NCBI GenBank assembly: GCA_965202985.1
Contig: CBDBCF010000001.1
Location: forward strand, 1,088,001 to 1,152,000
Origin: Longimicrobiales bacterium
Lineage (GTDB): Bacteria; Gemmatimonadota; Gemmatimonadetes; Longimicrobiales; Gaopeijiaceae
Direction: 5' to 3'
DNA length: 64,000 nt
Below the pieces are notes generated by a model. The model had not been told where the DNA came from, made no database searches, and saw only the letters and a program-made list of their open reading frames with translations. Position numbers and translations under genes: made by a program. Shown here piece after piece: positions 21,496-31,175 of the stretch. How positions within the stretch are numbered: the stretch's first letter is position 1; the number at the start of each line of letters is the position of its first letter.

Positions 21496-22341
21496 GTGAG
21501 CATCGTCCATCTGAACGGCGAGTTCCTGCCCTTGCAGGACGCCAAGGTGTCGGTCAACGACCGAGGGTTCCTCTTCGGCGACGGCGTTTACGAAGTCACG
21601 CCGGCCTACGGAGGACGCCTGTTCCGGTTCCCTCAGCACTTGGCGCGGATGCGGAAGGGTCTGGCGGCGATTGACATCAAGTTCGACGCCGCCGTCCTGG
21701 AGGCGGTAAAGAACGAGTTGCTGGCCCGGAACGGCCTGGACGCGTCGCCCGCCGCTTACGTGTACGTGCAGGTGACGCGGGGGGCGGCACCCCGCTCGCA
21801 CGCCTTCCCGAACCCGCCGGCGGCACCCGGCGTCTACGGCTTCGCGAACCCCTACCACCGCCCGTCCCAGGAGCGCTGGGCGCAGGGTTTTCGGGCCGTG
21901 ACTGTCCCGGACCAGCGCTGGGCGCGCGCCGACATCAAGGCGATCGCGCTGCTGCCCAACGTGCTCGCCCAGCAAGCGGCGGTGGACGCGCGTGTCGGCA
22001 ACGCCGTCTTTGTGCGCGACGGCATGGCCATGGAGGGCGCCCACAACAACCTCTTCGCCGTGTTCGACAGCGTCCTGGCGACCCCGCCCAAATCCAACTA
22101 CATCCTACACGGGGTGACCCGCGACTTCGTGATCGAGTTGGCGGACAAGCTGGGGATGCCCGTGCAGGAACGCGCCATCCCCCTGGCCGAACTTTACGAC
22201 GCCGACGAGGTGTTCTTCACCGGCACCACGACCGAGATCCGCCCGGCGGTGGAGGTGGACGGTCGCCCCATCGGCACCGGCAAGCCCGGCCCCATAGCGA
22301 GCCGACTCTTCAAGGCTTTCCTGGAAGAGGTGGGCAGCTAA
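21496..22341 (+). CDS. dat: D-amino-acid aminotransferase (PLP fold IV)
   Basis: NDRGFLFGDGVYEV, VYVQVTRG, RWARADIKAIALLPNVLA, ILHGVTR, FFTGTTTEI. Confidence 0.88.
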   Translation: MSIVHLNGEFLPLQDAKVSVNDRGFLFGDGVYEVTPAYGGRLFRFPQHLARMRKGLAAIDIKFDAAVLEAVKNELLARNGLDASPAAYVYVQVTRGAAPRSHAFPNPPAAPGVYGFANPYHRPSQERWAQGFRAVTVPDQRWARADIKAIALLPNVLAQQAAVDARVGNAVFVRDGMAMEGAHNNLFAVFDSVLATPPKSNYILHGVTRDFVIELADKLGMPVQERAIPLAELYDADEVFFTGTTTEIRPAVEVDGRPIGTGKPGPIASRLFKAFLEEVGS

Positions 22342-22449
22342 GCGCCGGCGCGTCAGGAGCCCTGCCCAGGAGCCCTGCCCAGCGCAAGACAGCCGGACGC
22401 GGCGCACAAGTAGACGGCCGGGGTCAGTCGGTAGCTCGCCGGCGGTCGG

Positions 22450-23635
22450 CTACGGCTCGGGGGTACTGGGCGTGGAGCCGTCTTCCGGCGTCCCGAGCCT
22501 CGCCGCCCGCGCCAAGAAGTCGCCGCCGCTCGTGCAGTCGATGATCAGGTCCGCGATCTCCGCCACGCGCCCCGAGTCGCCGACGCCCTCCAACAACGAC
22601 GCCAGCCCCTCCGCCGTCTCCGAACCGAACTTCCGACCGGCCTGACGAACCAGCGTCGCCCGCTGCTCGCGCCGCGCCCGCGCCGTTGCCTCCTTGCGGC
22701 CCTGCGCCCGGCCCACGGCCCGGCCCTCCGCACGTCCCTTGCGACGCTCCGCCAACCGCTCCGCGCCCCAGAACGTCTGCGCCACACGCTCCAAATCGCC
22801 CAACCGCTGCAATCGACTCACCTCCGCCTCCTTCGCTCCGTCCTCGATCAACGCGCTCCGTACCCACGTCGCCAAAGCACGGCTCGCAACCCCGTCCTCC
22901 GGCAACAACTCCCGCAACCTCCCATACGCCTCCACAAACTCTCCTCGATCCCGCGTGTAGCGCAACCTCAACCCCGCAGCCCACGACGTGTCCGCAGACG
23001 CCAACGCCCGCGCCTCCCCCGCCTCCCACACCAACACGAACTCCTGACCCAGAGCGAACGGCAGAATCGCCCGCGCCTCCCCCGCCAGCAAGTCCTCCAT
23101 CCGCGTCGGCCACGGCCACGGCCCCTCCCCCACGTACACCACGAATCGGCAGCACCGGCGGCAGCTTCCGACGCCTCCGAACCTCCGGGTCCCGTGCCAG
23201 CAGATCGTCGTAGATCAACGCCGTCTCCAACAGTATCCGCGCAGGCATCCGCCAGTCCGGCTTCGACTGCGCCTCGAACAGGAACACCACGTACAGCCAC
23301 GTGTCCCGGAACGGCGCCCGCCACACCAGGTCCGCGTGACGAACCTTCCTGAACTCCAGGTCCACGTACTCCGTCTGTCCCTTCGACAGCCCGGCCAGGT
23401 CCAGCCGGGCGGCGATCTCTGCCGGAATGACCTTGCCCAGGACGCGCTCGGCCAGGAACTCGGCCACGACCTGCTTGTCCCCGTAGAACGCCTTCGCGCT
23501 CTTGTCCTTCGGCTGGTGGACCGCTCGGCGACGACAGGCGTCCGCCGGCGGCGGCTTGTGGTCGGGGGGCTTCGCTCCGGCGGCTCGGAGGCTGCGGTCT
23601 CGGGCGTTGCGGTCTCGGGCGCCTGCGGGGGCCAT
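22450..23635 (-). pseudogene. Rpn/YhgA-like recombination-promoting nuclease (PD-(D/E)xK) family gene with a +1 frameshift near 23145
   Basis: N part HQPKDKSAKAFY...RHADLVWR...FLFEAQSKPDWRMPARIL...LPPVLPI continues as VVYVGEGPW...RAEGRAVGRAQGRKE in another frame (one extra base in CCG ATT C GTG GTG TAC). GAGGAG RBS precedes ATG 23635. Confidence 0.85.
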
Positions 23636-23920
23636 GGGCGTCTCCTCGGGAGCGAGAGTGGTCGGGGGCTCCGACAGCCCGGCTGGGGCGGGCTGCGGGA
23701 GCCGCGTCCCGAACGGTGGCGACTCCTTGCGGATAGCTCCATAGCTGGATGGGACACTCCGACAGCTGGACGGAACACTCCGCGGGCGAGACGGACAGGC
23801 GGCGTTCGGTCGCCTGCCGGAACGGCCGGAGGCCAGCACGAAAATCCCGCCCATGCGCGATTTCGAGGGCCTAGAATGTCCCCGTCGATGTCCCGTTTTC
23901 GGGCATCGTGTGTCCGGTGC

Positions 23921-24595
23921 CTATCGTGTTCGGAGCACAAGCGTTCCTGCTTGGTCTACCCAGGTACGCAGGCCAGTCTTCTCCCACGTTGCGCGGGTGC
24001 ACGCGTCCGATCCCGTCACCAGGACCCTCGCATCGGGGGCAAGGATCCGGGCGGCTTCGGCCGCCGAAGGCGTCGCGTCGCTCGCCGCCAAGGCCACGCC
24101 CCGCGCGACGCCGGTCCGAAACGGAAGCGCTTCGCTCACCGCCATGGGACTCACGCCCGCCGTTCCACGCGCCGCTGGCCCCAGCGCCGCAACCTCGACG
24201 CTCGGGACCAAGCGGGCCAAGGCCTCCGTCGCGTCGACGTGGCTCTCCGACACCACGATCACGCCGGAACCTTCGGTCACGCCCAGCCCGGCCGCGATCT
24301 GCAAGGCAATGTCCTGCGACCCGTCGCATGGAGGCGTCGCGGGCCGGGAGGAAGCGCCGGCCCGTCGAGGCGTCGCCGGCTGGGCGGAGGCCCCATCCGC
24401 ATCAATCAGCGGGCTCCGGGGCGGGGGACGCAGGTCGCCAAAGCCGTCCTCCACGGGGAACTCGTCTCGGCAGTTGGGACAGCCCAGCAGGCCCGTCCGC
24501 ACCCGACGTTCCTCCACCTCCCGCGCCACGAGGACCAGCCCGAAGGCAGGGCCGCAGCGGGGGCAGGCCAGGTAGTCGACCAGCAGGACGTTCAC
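23921..24595 (-). CDS. Trm112-like zinc-ribbon protein with degenerate methyltransferase-like C-terminus
   Basis: DYLACPRCG...GLLGCPNCRDEFPVEDGFGDL; C-terminal LPFR...EAARILAP. Confidence 0.7.
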   Translation of the reverse strand: MNVLLVDYLACPRCGPAFGLVLVAREVEERRVRTGLLGCPNCRDEFPVEDGFGDLRPPPRSPLIDADGASAQPATPRRAGASSRPATPPCDGSQDIALQIAAGLGVTEGSGVIVVSESHVDATEALARLVPSVEVAALGPAARGTAGVSPMAVSEALPFRTGVARGVALAASDATPSAAEAARILAPDARVLVTGSDACTRATWEKTGLRTWVDQAGTLVLRTR

Positions 24596-24610
24596 GTCGC
24601 CTGCGTCACG

Positions 24611-25027
24611 TCACTTGCCGGCGTACTCCACCCAATGGCGCGGCGTCTCCCGAAGGACCAACCGCTCCAGCACCGCCGGCGGCTCGATCAGCGGCGCCAA
24701 GCGTTCCCAGATGCGGACGACCAAGTTCTCGGTCGACGGGACGACGCCCTCCAACCAGGGCACGTCCAGGTTCAGGTTGCGATGGTCCAGGTCGGCGACG
24801 ACATGGCGGTTCGCCAGCTCCTTCAAGTCCTTCAGGTCCATCACGTAGCCTGTGGATTCGTCCACGGGGCCGGCCACGGTCACCTCCATCTCGTAGTTGT
24901 GGCCATGCCAGTTCGGGTTGGCGCACTCCCCGAAGGCGCGACGGTTCTGTTCCTCGCTCCATTCGGGGCGGGCAAGACGGTGGGCGGCGCTGAAGTGCAG
25001 CACGCGGGTGACGCGGACTCGGGGCAT
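24611..25027 (-). CDS. 6-pyruvoyl-tetrahydropterin synthase family (COG0720), PTPS-II-like motif
   Basis: FSAAHRL, CANPNWHGHNY, GYVMDL, LDHRNLN, PSTENL, LRETP. Confidence 0.92.
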   Translation of the reverse strand: MPRVRVTRVLHFSAAHRLARPEWSEEQNRRAFGECANPNWHGHNYEMEVTVAGPVDESTGYVMDLKDLKELANRHVVADLDHRNLNLDVPWLEGVVPSTENLVVRIWERLAPLIEPPAVLERLVLRETPRHWVEYAGK

Positions 25028-25106
25028 TCGCACTCTCGACTTGGCGGCGGGAAGCGTCCCGGCCGCAGGCGTGACGACTTGAGGCGACCGGCGACTCGGC
25101 GCCCCC

Positions 25107-25150
25107 AAAAAGACAGAAGCCGGCCTCCCGTACAGGAGAACCGGCCTCTG
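25107..25150 (-). terminator. Rho-independent terminator downstream of 6S RNA
   Basis: Minus strand CAGAGGCCGGTTCTCC-TGTAC-GGGAGGCCGGCTTCTG hairpin followed by TCTTTTT. Confidence 0.8.
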
Positions 25151-25300
25151 CGCATGCCGAAGGACGGTTTTGAAGCCCGGGTTCAACTGTTGGTGACACT
25201 CCCGCAGCTTTCGCCTTCCCTCGAAGGGCGTGACGTCCACCTCGGAAGTAATCCCGGCTCTTCCAGTGTTGGCTCAAAAAAGGAGCCCTCCGACACACGC
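25150..25300 (-). ncRNA. ssrS: 6S RNA (SsrS)
   Basis: Minus strand: 5' GCGTGTGTCGGAGGGC pairs with 3' GTCCTTCGGCATGCGC; TTTTGAGCC pairs with GGCTTCAAAA; central bubble AACACTGGAAGAGCCGGGA / CACCAACAGTTGAACCC. Rod-with-bubble shape, with its own promoter and terminator. Confidence 0.85.
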
Positions 25301-25305
25301 CGGAC

Positions 25306-25334
25306 AATATGGGGAGTGCCGGCGCAATCCGCAA
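25306..25334 (-). promoter_or_regulatory. Sigma70-type promoter of 6S RNA
   Basis: TTGCGG-N17-CATATT ending 5 nt before the 6S 5' stem. Confidence 0.6.
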
Positions 25335-25408
25335 TGTTCTTCGTTCGCGCCCGCGTCACCCCCCACCCCACCGCGTCCGGCGACGGTCGGCGCGCGCCGA
25401 CCCCCCTA

Positions 25409-25909
25409 TCACGTGCGGTGAACGTGAAGCGCGTCGATCGTAACTCGCGCGACGCCGTTGTCGTCGACGTCCACGCTGGTCACCAGTTTATGCCTGCACT
25501 GGCCTTTTGCGGCCTCCGCGCAGTGGACGTACTCGTCCCATTCCTCCGCCGAACCGCCGTTCTCGAACTCGCACACGGGGTCAGGCCCGTAGGCGGAAAC
25601 GGCCGGTCGCCCCACTTCGGCAGCGTCCCGCCTACCCTCCGCGACGGTCCACAGAATCTCGGACGAGAGCTGCCACAACATGACCACGGCCATCGGCGCG
25701 TCTACCTCCCGGCCCATGGCGTTGTTCAGCTTTGCGACCGTGGTGCGGTAGTCAAAGGGTGCAGCCATGACCGCTTGGACGGTAGCAAAGCTGGATGGAA
25801 GAGCCTCTAGAGTCGTTGGAGCCTCGTTCCCGCACGCAACGGTCGAGACAAGGACGGCCGTCAGAACAGCCAGCGACCCGCTCCTGATCGATGAGATTGA
25901 CTCGGACAT
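25409..25909 (-). CDS. Hypothetical lipoprotein
   Basis: GGGAGG RBS, hydrophobic signal with lipobox (AVLVSTVA-C), codon usage apparently less GC-biased than the neighbours. Confidence 0.65.
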   Translation of the reverse strand: MSESISSIRSGSLAVLTAVLVSTVACGNEAPTTLEALPSSFATVQAVMAAPFDYRTTVAKLNNAMGREVDAPMAVVMLWQLSSEILWTVAEGRRDAAEVGRPAVSAYGPDPVCEFENGGSAEEWDEYVHCAEAAKGQCRHKLVTSVDVDDNGVARVTIDALHVHRT

Positions 25910-26044
25910 GGCGACCTCCCGTTGCAGGAATGCGACGACAACCTATGGAGAGATGGCAACCCTCGGAGGTGCCGCGGCAAGGCAGGACTGACGACAACCA
26001 AGCCCGAGCCCCTTTCGACACGCCCGCCCAGCGGCACGCGCCGG

Positions 26045-27475
26045 TCACTCGTCCCTCCGGCCGGGCACCCCGGGCTCGGTCATCTCCCGGGCGTCCAGCA
26101 GCCGATCCAGCTCCTCGGGCGCGGCCAGCCCCATGTCGCGCACCACGTCGCGCACGGACCGGCCTTCGGTCGCCGCCCTCTTGGCCACCTGGGCGGCCCG
26201 GTCGTAGCCGATGCGGGCGTTCAGGGCCGTGGCGATCGCGGGGTTTCGCTCCAGCAGCTCCCTGGCGCGGTCCCGGCGGGCTTCGATGCCGGCCACGCAC
26301 CGCTCCGCGAAGACGCGCGCGCCGTTGGCCAGCAGCCCGATCGACTCCAGCAGGGCGTCGGCGATGACGGGCATCATGACGTTCAGCTCGAAGTTGCCCC
26401 GCTGCCCGGCGATCGTCACGGTCGCGGCGTTCCCAGCCACGCGGGCGCACGCCATCATGAGGGCCTCGCAAATCACCGGGTTCACCTTCCCCGGCATGAT
26501 CGAGCTGCCCGGCTGGACTGCCGGCAACTGGATCTCGGCGATGCCCGAAGTGGGGCCGCTCGCCAGCCAGCGCATGTCGTCGGCGATCTTCATGAGGCTT
26601 GCCGCCACCGTGTTGAGCGCGCCGGCCAAGGAGACGCAGGCGTCCTTCGCTCCCTGGGCCTCGAAGTGGTCCTCGGCCTCGCGGAACTCCAGGCCGTAGC
26701 GGGCCGACAGGCGCGCGATGGCCCGCCGGGCGAACTCGGGGTGCGTGTTGATGCCGGTGCCCGTGGCGGTGCCCCCCAAAGCCAGCTCGGCCAGCTCGCC
26801 GGCCGCGCGCTCCAGCCGCCCGCAGCCGTTGGTCACCTGTCGGGCGTAGCCTCCGAACTGCTGCCCCAGCCGCACGGGCGTCGCGTCCATCAGGTGGGTT
26901 CGGCCCGACTTTACGACGTCGTCGAACCGCCGGGCCTTGTCTTCAAGGGCGTCGCCAAGGCCCGTCAGCGCGGGGAGCAGCTCGCCGTGGACGGCGGCCC
27001 GGCAGGAGACGTGGATGGCGCTCGGGATCACGTCGTTGGACGACTGGCCGAAGTTGACGTGGTCGTTGGGATGGACTCGCACGCCCGCGTTCGGTTCGCC
27101 GCTGGCCAGGCTGCGGTTGGCCAGAGCGGCGATCACCTCGTTGGCGTTCATGTTGGTGGAGGTGCCGGACCCGGTCTGGTACACGTCCAGGGGGAAGTGG
27201 TCGTCGTGCGCGCCCCGCGCCACGTCGGCCGCGGCCGCGGCGATGGCGTCGGCCACCTCGACCGGCAGGAACCCCAGCTCGGCGTTCGTCTCGGCAGCAG
27301 CCTGCTTCAGTCGCCCCAACGCCTCGATGAAGCGCCGTCCGAAGCGCCGCCCGCTGATCGGGAAGTTCTCCACGGCCCGCTGCGTCTGGGCGCCGTAGAG
27401 GGCGTCCGCGGGAACCCGCACCTCGCCCAGGGAATCGGTTTCGACCCGCGCTTCGACTCGATTGCGCTGCGACAT
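26045..27475 (-). CDS. fumC: Class II fumarate hydratase
   Basis: [52 protein letters not shown]. Confidence 0.96.
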   Translation of the reverse strand: MSQRNRVEARVETDSLGEVRVPADALYGAQTQRAVENFPISGRRFGRRFIEALGRLKQAAAETNAELGFLPVEVADAIAAAAADVARGAHDDHFPLDVYQTGSGTSTNMNANEVIAALANRSLASGEPNAGVRVHPNDHVNFGQSSNDVIPSAIHVSCRAAVHGELLPALTGLGDALEDKARRFDDVVKSGRTHLMDATPVRLGQQFGGYARQVTNGCGRLERAAGELAELALGGTATGTGINTHPEFARRAIARLSARYGLEFREAEDHFEAQGAKDACVSLAGALNTVAASLMKIADDMRWLASGPTSGIAEIQLPAVQPGSSIMPGKVNPVICEALMMACARVAGNAATVTIAGQRGNFELNVMMPVIADALLESIGLLANGARVFAERCVAGIEARRDRARELLERNPAIATALNARIGYDRAAQVAKRAATEGRSVRDVVRDMGLAAPEELDRLLDAREMTEPGVPGRRDE

Positions 27476-27604
27476 CTCGTGCCCTCTTTGGTTCTGCGAT
27501 GCGGCGATGCGGCGCCCGCCCCCGTGGTCCCCCGCAGCCCGTGCTTGCTTACCTGCGAATCTACACCGTCCTCCCGCCGCCATTGAACCCCGTAGCTTGA
27601 AGGC

Positions 27605-28396
27605 ATGGACAAAGGCACCCCCGACACCGGCACCGAGAGCATCCCGGCCGCCGCGACTCCGCCTGCCGGCCCTGCCAATCCCGTCGCCTTGGTCACCGGC
27701 GGCGCCGTTCGAGTGGGCAGGGCGGTGGCCTTGGCGTTGGCCAAAAGCGGCTACGACCTGGTCGTCGGCTACCACGCCTCCGAAGGTCCGGCGGCGGAGC
27801 TCCGGGCGCACGTCCGGCGCATGGGGCGACGAGTCCGCATCGTGCGGGCCGACCTGTCCCAGGAAGCGGACGCGGCCCGGCTCGCCGCGTCGGCAGGGGA
27901 GACGTTCGGCAGGCTGGACCTCCTGGTGAACTCGGCTTCGACCTACCTGTCCGGCGATCTCCTCCGGGCGCCGACGGAAGAGTGGGACTTGGTCATGGCG
28001 GTCAACGTGCGAGCGCCGTTCCTGCTGGTGCGCGATACGGCGGACCTGCTTCGCGAAGCGCGGGGCTCGGTCGTGAACGTCGTGGACCTGTCGGCGTTCC
28101 AAGCATGGCCGCGATACCCTCACCATTCCGTGTCGAAGGCCGCCCTCCTGCACTTGACCCGCAACTTGGCCCTGGCTTTGGCCCCGGAAGTCCGCGCCAA
28201 CGCGGTGGCGCCGGGTCACGTGCTGCCGCCCCCCGGCTACGGCGAAGCCGAGATCGAGCGCTCCCGCCGGCGCGTCCCGCTGGGCCGCATCGGCGAGCCG
28301 GAAGACGTGGCCGAAGCCGTCCTGTACCTGGCCGGCGCCCAGTACGTGACGGGCGAAGTGATCGTGGTGGACGGCGGGCGCTTGGCGAACCCGTAG
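27605..28396 (+). CDS. SDR oxidoreductase, pteridine reductase/FolM-like
   Basis: [42 protein letters not shown]; catalytic motif reads HSVSK. Confidence 0.85.
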   Translation: MDKGTPDTGTESIPAAATPPAGPANPVALVTGGAVRVGRAVALALAKSGYDLVVGYHASEGPAAELRAHVRRMGRRVRIVRADLSQEADAARLAASAGETFGRLDLLVNSASTYLSGDLLRAPTEEWDLVMAVNVRAPFLLVRDTADLLREARGSVVNVVDLSAFQAWPRYPHHSVSKAALLHLTRNLALALAPEVRANAVAPGHVLPPPGYGEAEIERSRRRVPLGRIGEPEDVAEAVLYLAGAQYVTGEVIVVDGGRLANP

Positions 28397-28433
28397 CCCG
28401 CGAGAGATCGACGAGCGCAGGCGGCGCTGGCGC

Positions 28434-29444
28434 TCAGCCGTCGTGGGCTAGAAAGCGCTCCGCTTCAAGAGCCGCCATGCATCCGGTGCCGGCGGCGGAG
28501 ACGGCCTGCCGGTAGTAGTCGTCCATCACGTCGCCGGCAGCGAACACGCCGGGCACGTTGGTCTCGGTGCGCCAGGGCTTGGGCAGACGCACGTAACCGT
28601 TCTCCTTCAGGTCGATCTGGCCGGCCAGGAACGCGGTGTTGGGCGTGTGCCCGATCGCGACGAAGAGGCCGCCCACTTCGATCTCGGATTCGCCGCCCTC
28701 CACCGTGTCGCGAAGGCGAAGCCCCGTGATCACGTCGTCTCCCAGGACCTCGGCCACCTCCCGGTTCCACAGGAAGCGGATGGCGGGGTTGGCCCGGGCT
28801 CGGTCTTGCATGATCCGCGACGCCCGCAGCTCGTCCCGGCGGTGCACGACCAGCACGCGGCTGGCGAACTTGGTCATGTAGAGCGCGTCTTCCATGGCGC
28901 TGTCGCCGCCGCCGGCCACGGCCACCACCTGGTCCCGAAAGTACGGCAGCGCGCCGTCGCACACCGCGCAGGCCGACACGCCGCCGCCGCTCCGGGCCAG
29001 CCGCTCCTCGCCGGGCGCGCCCAGCCAGCGCGCGTTGGCGCCGGTGGCCACGATCACGGCCTCGGCCCGGGTCTCGTCGCCCCCCGATGTCCGCAGCACG
29101 AAGGGCCGGCGCGAGAAGTCCACCTCCACGACGTCTTCCGTGACCACCCGAGTCCCGAAGCGCACGGCCTGTTCCTTGAACCCCGTCATCATCTCGATGC
29201 CGCCCACGCCCTTGGGGAAGCCCGGGTAGTTCTCCACGTCGGTGGTGAACATGAGCTGGCCGCCGGGGATCATCGTGCGGCTGCCGGCGCCCTCGAACAC
29301 GAGCGGGTTCAGGTTGGCCCGCGCGGCGTAGATCGCGGCCGTCCAGCCGGCCGGCCCCGAGCCGATCACGACCAGCGACTCGCTCCGGGACGCGCCGCCG
29401 CTCGCCGACTCCGGCCCGGAACCCTGCCGCGACGCGCCCGCCAT
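28434..29444 (-). CDS. trxB: Thioredoxin-disulfide reductase
   Basis: [37 protein letters not shown]. Confidence 0.96.
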   Translation of the reverse strand: MAGASRQGSGPESASGGASRSESLVVIGSGPAGWTAAIYAARANLNPLVFEGAGSRTMIPGGQLMFTTDVENYPGFPKGVGGIEMMTGFKEQAVRFGTRVVTEDVVEVDFSRRPFVLRTSGGDETRAEAVIVATGANARWLGAPGEERLARSGGGVSACAVCDGALPYFRDQVVAVAGGGDSAMEDALYMTKFASRVLVVHRRDELRASRIMQDRARANPAIRFLWNREVAEVLGDDVITGLRLRDTVEGGESEIEVGGLFVAIGHTPNTAFLAGQIDLKENGYVRLPKPWRTETNVPGVFAAGDVMDDYYRQAVSAAGTGCMAALEAERFLAHDG

Positions 29445-30730
29445 CAGACGCGCCCCCGGTACAGGTCGGAGGCCTTGTACCGCTCCACCGCCCGAACCAG
29501 CAGCAGCTTCACGCCCACGGCCAGGGGCACGCCGATCAGGAGCCCCGCGAAGCCGAACACGAAGCCGCCCAACGACAGCGACAGCAGGATCCACACGGGA
29601 TGGAGCCCCACGGAATCGCCCACGATCCGGGGACTCACCACGGTGCCTTCAAGCGCCTGCGCAACACCGTAGACCACGGCCACCTTGATCAAGGACGAAC
29701 CGGGGTCGGCGGAGGCCAAGGCGATGATCACCGCAGGCACGAGCGACAAGATGACGCCCAGGTAGGGGACCACGCCCAGCACCGCCACCAGCGCGCCCAG
29801 CAGGAACGAGTAGGGGAAGCCCACGACCAGCAGTCCCAGCCACGTGATGCCCCCCACGACCAGCGCCACCGACACTTGGCCGCGCAAGTAGCGGGACAGC
29901 AGGCCGTCGTACTCGCGGAAGAAGCCGGCGGCCTCCGGGCGGACGCGGGCCGGAAGCAACGCCCCCGCGCGGGCCACGATCCGGTCGTAGTCCCGAAGCA
30001 GGTAGAAGGCGAGGACGGGGGTCAGAACCACGTACCCGGCCACCGTCATCAGGGTGGCCAGCCCGCGCCCCAAGCCCAGCACGGCGGTCCAAGCGCCCTG
30101 GGCCAGCGCGGCCAGCCGCTCCTGCAAGAAGCCCGATATCGTCTGGGCGTCCAACTCGCGGAGCCGAGCCAGGAGGGCCGCCTCGTCCACCAGGGGCAGG
30201 TCGAAGCCGGGCGCGTTGGGGTCCACCGTGCCGATCCAGCCGGACACCGTGGCCAGCACCCGCGGGGCTTCGGCCGCGAAGGCCGCCGCTTGGCGCGCGA
30301 ACGCCGGAACCCCCAGCACCGCCACCCCCGCGCCCGCCAGCGCGAACGGCACCGCGACCAGGACGATGGCGCCGGTCCGGCCGATGCGGGGCAGCCAAGC
30401 CGAGACCCGGTCGACCAGCGGGTCCAGGATGTAGGCCAGCACGAACGCCAGGAAGAAGGGGGCCAGCAGCGACCCCGCCGTGGCCAAGACCCAGAAGACG
30501 GCGGCCGCCGTGGCCACCGTGAGCATCCAGGCGTGCCCGGGAAGGCCGCGGAACGGAACCAGCAGCGCCACCAGGACCCAGTAGAGGAGGAACGGATTCA
30601 GCACGCCCCGCAGTCCGAAGAGGAAGAACCCGGTCGCCAGCACGAGGATCGCGCCCTGCACGGCGCGCCACGAGACCGGGACGCTCCCGACCGCCGGGGC
30701 GTCGTCGGGCTTGCCCGATCGCGGGTTCAC
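29444..30730 (-). CDS. AI-2E family transporter
   Basis: [38 protein letters not shown]; multiple TMs. Confidence 0.92.
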   Translation of the reverse strand: MNPRSGKPDDAPAVGSVPVSWRAVQGAILVLATGFFLFGLRGVLNPFLLYWVLVALLVPFRGLPGHAWMLTVATAAAVFWVLATAGSLLAPFFLAFVLAYILDPLVDRVSAWLPRIGRTGAIVLVAVPFALAGAGVAVLGVPAFARQAAAFAAEAPRVLATVSGWIGTVDPNAPGFDLPLVDEAALLARLRELDAQTISGFLQERLAALAQGAWTAVLGLGRGLATLMTVAGYVVLTPVLAFYLLRDYDRIVARAGALLPARVRPEAAGFFREYDGLLSRYLRGQVSVALVVGGITWLGLLVVGFPYSFLLGALVAVLGVVPYLGVILSLVPAVIIALASADPGSSLIKVAVVYGVAQALEGTVVSPRIVGDSVGLHPVWILLSLSLGGFVFGFAGLLIGVPLAVGVKLLLVRAVERYKASDLYRGRV

Positions 30731-31149
30731 CAGTCCGTCTCGGCGATCCGGCGGACGGCCTCGGTCGCCATGGCGCGGGTGTCCCGATAGGCGATCCTCC
30801 GCACGGCTTCGTCCGCCGGGAACCAAGCGCACGCGGTGATCCCTTCGGAAGCCTGGGGAACGGCGTCGCCGCTCCGGCTGAGCATCAGGAAGTAGGTGCA
30901 GGACTTGCGAATCGTCCTTCCCCGTCGCCTGAAGGTCCAGCGCACGGTGTCGATCTCCGGTCCCGTTTGGTCGGGCGTCAAACCCGTTTCTTCCGCGACC
31001 TCCCGCGCTGCCGCTTGGCGAAGGCTCTCGCCCGGCTCCAGGTGTCCCTTGGGCAGGGCCCACTTGCCGTACGGGTCCCGGATGACCAGGGCCAGCCAGC
31101 CGTCGGTGCCGGGGCGCACGACCACTCCGCCCGCGCTTCGCTCGATCAC
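30727..31149 (-). CDS. NUDIX hydrolase (Ap4A hydrolase-like)
   Basis: SAGGVV, WALPKGHLEPGESLRQAAAREVAEETGL Nudix box. Confidence 0.93.
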   Translation of the reverse strand: MIERSAGGVVVRPGTDGWLALVIRDPYGKWALPKGHLEPGESLRQAAAREVAEETGLTPDQTGPEIDTVRWTFRRRGRTIRKSCTYFLMLSRSGDAVPQASEGITACAWFPADEAVRRIAYRDTRAMATEAVRRIAETDW

Positions 31150-31175
31150 GTCGTCAACGCCCCCGGTCCCCGTCG

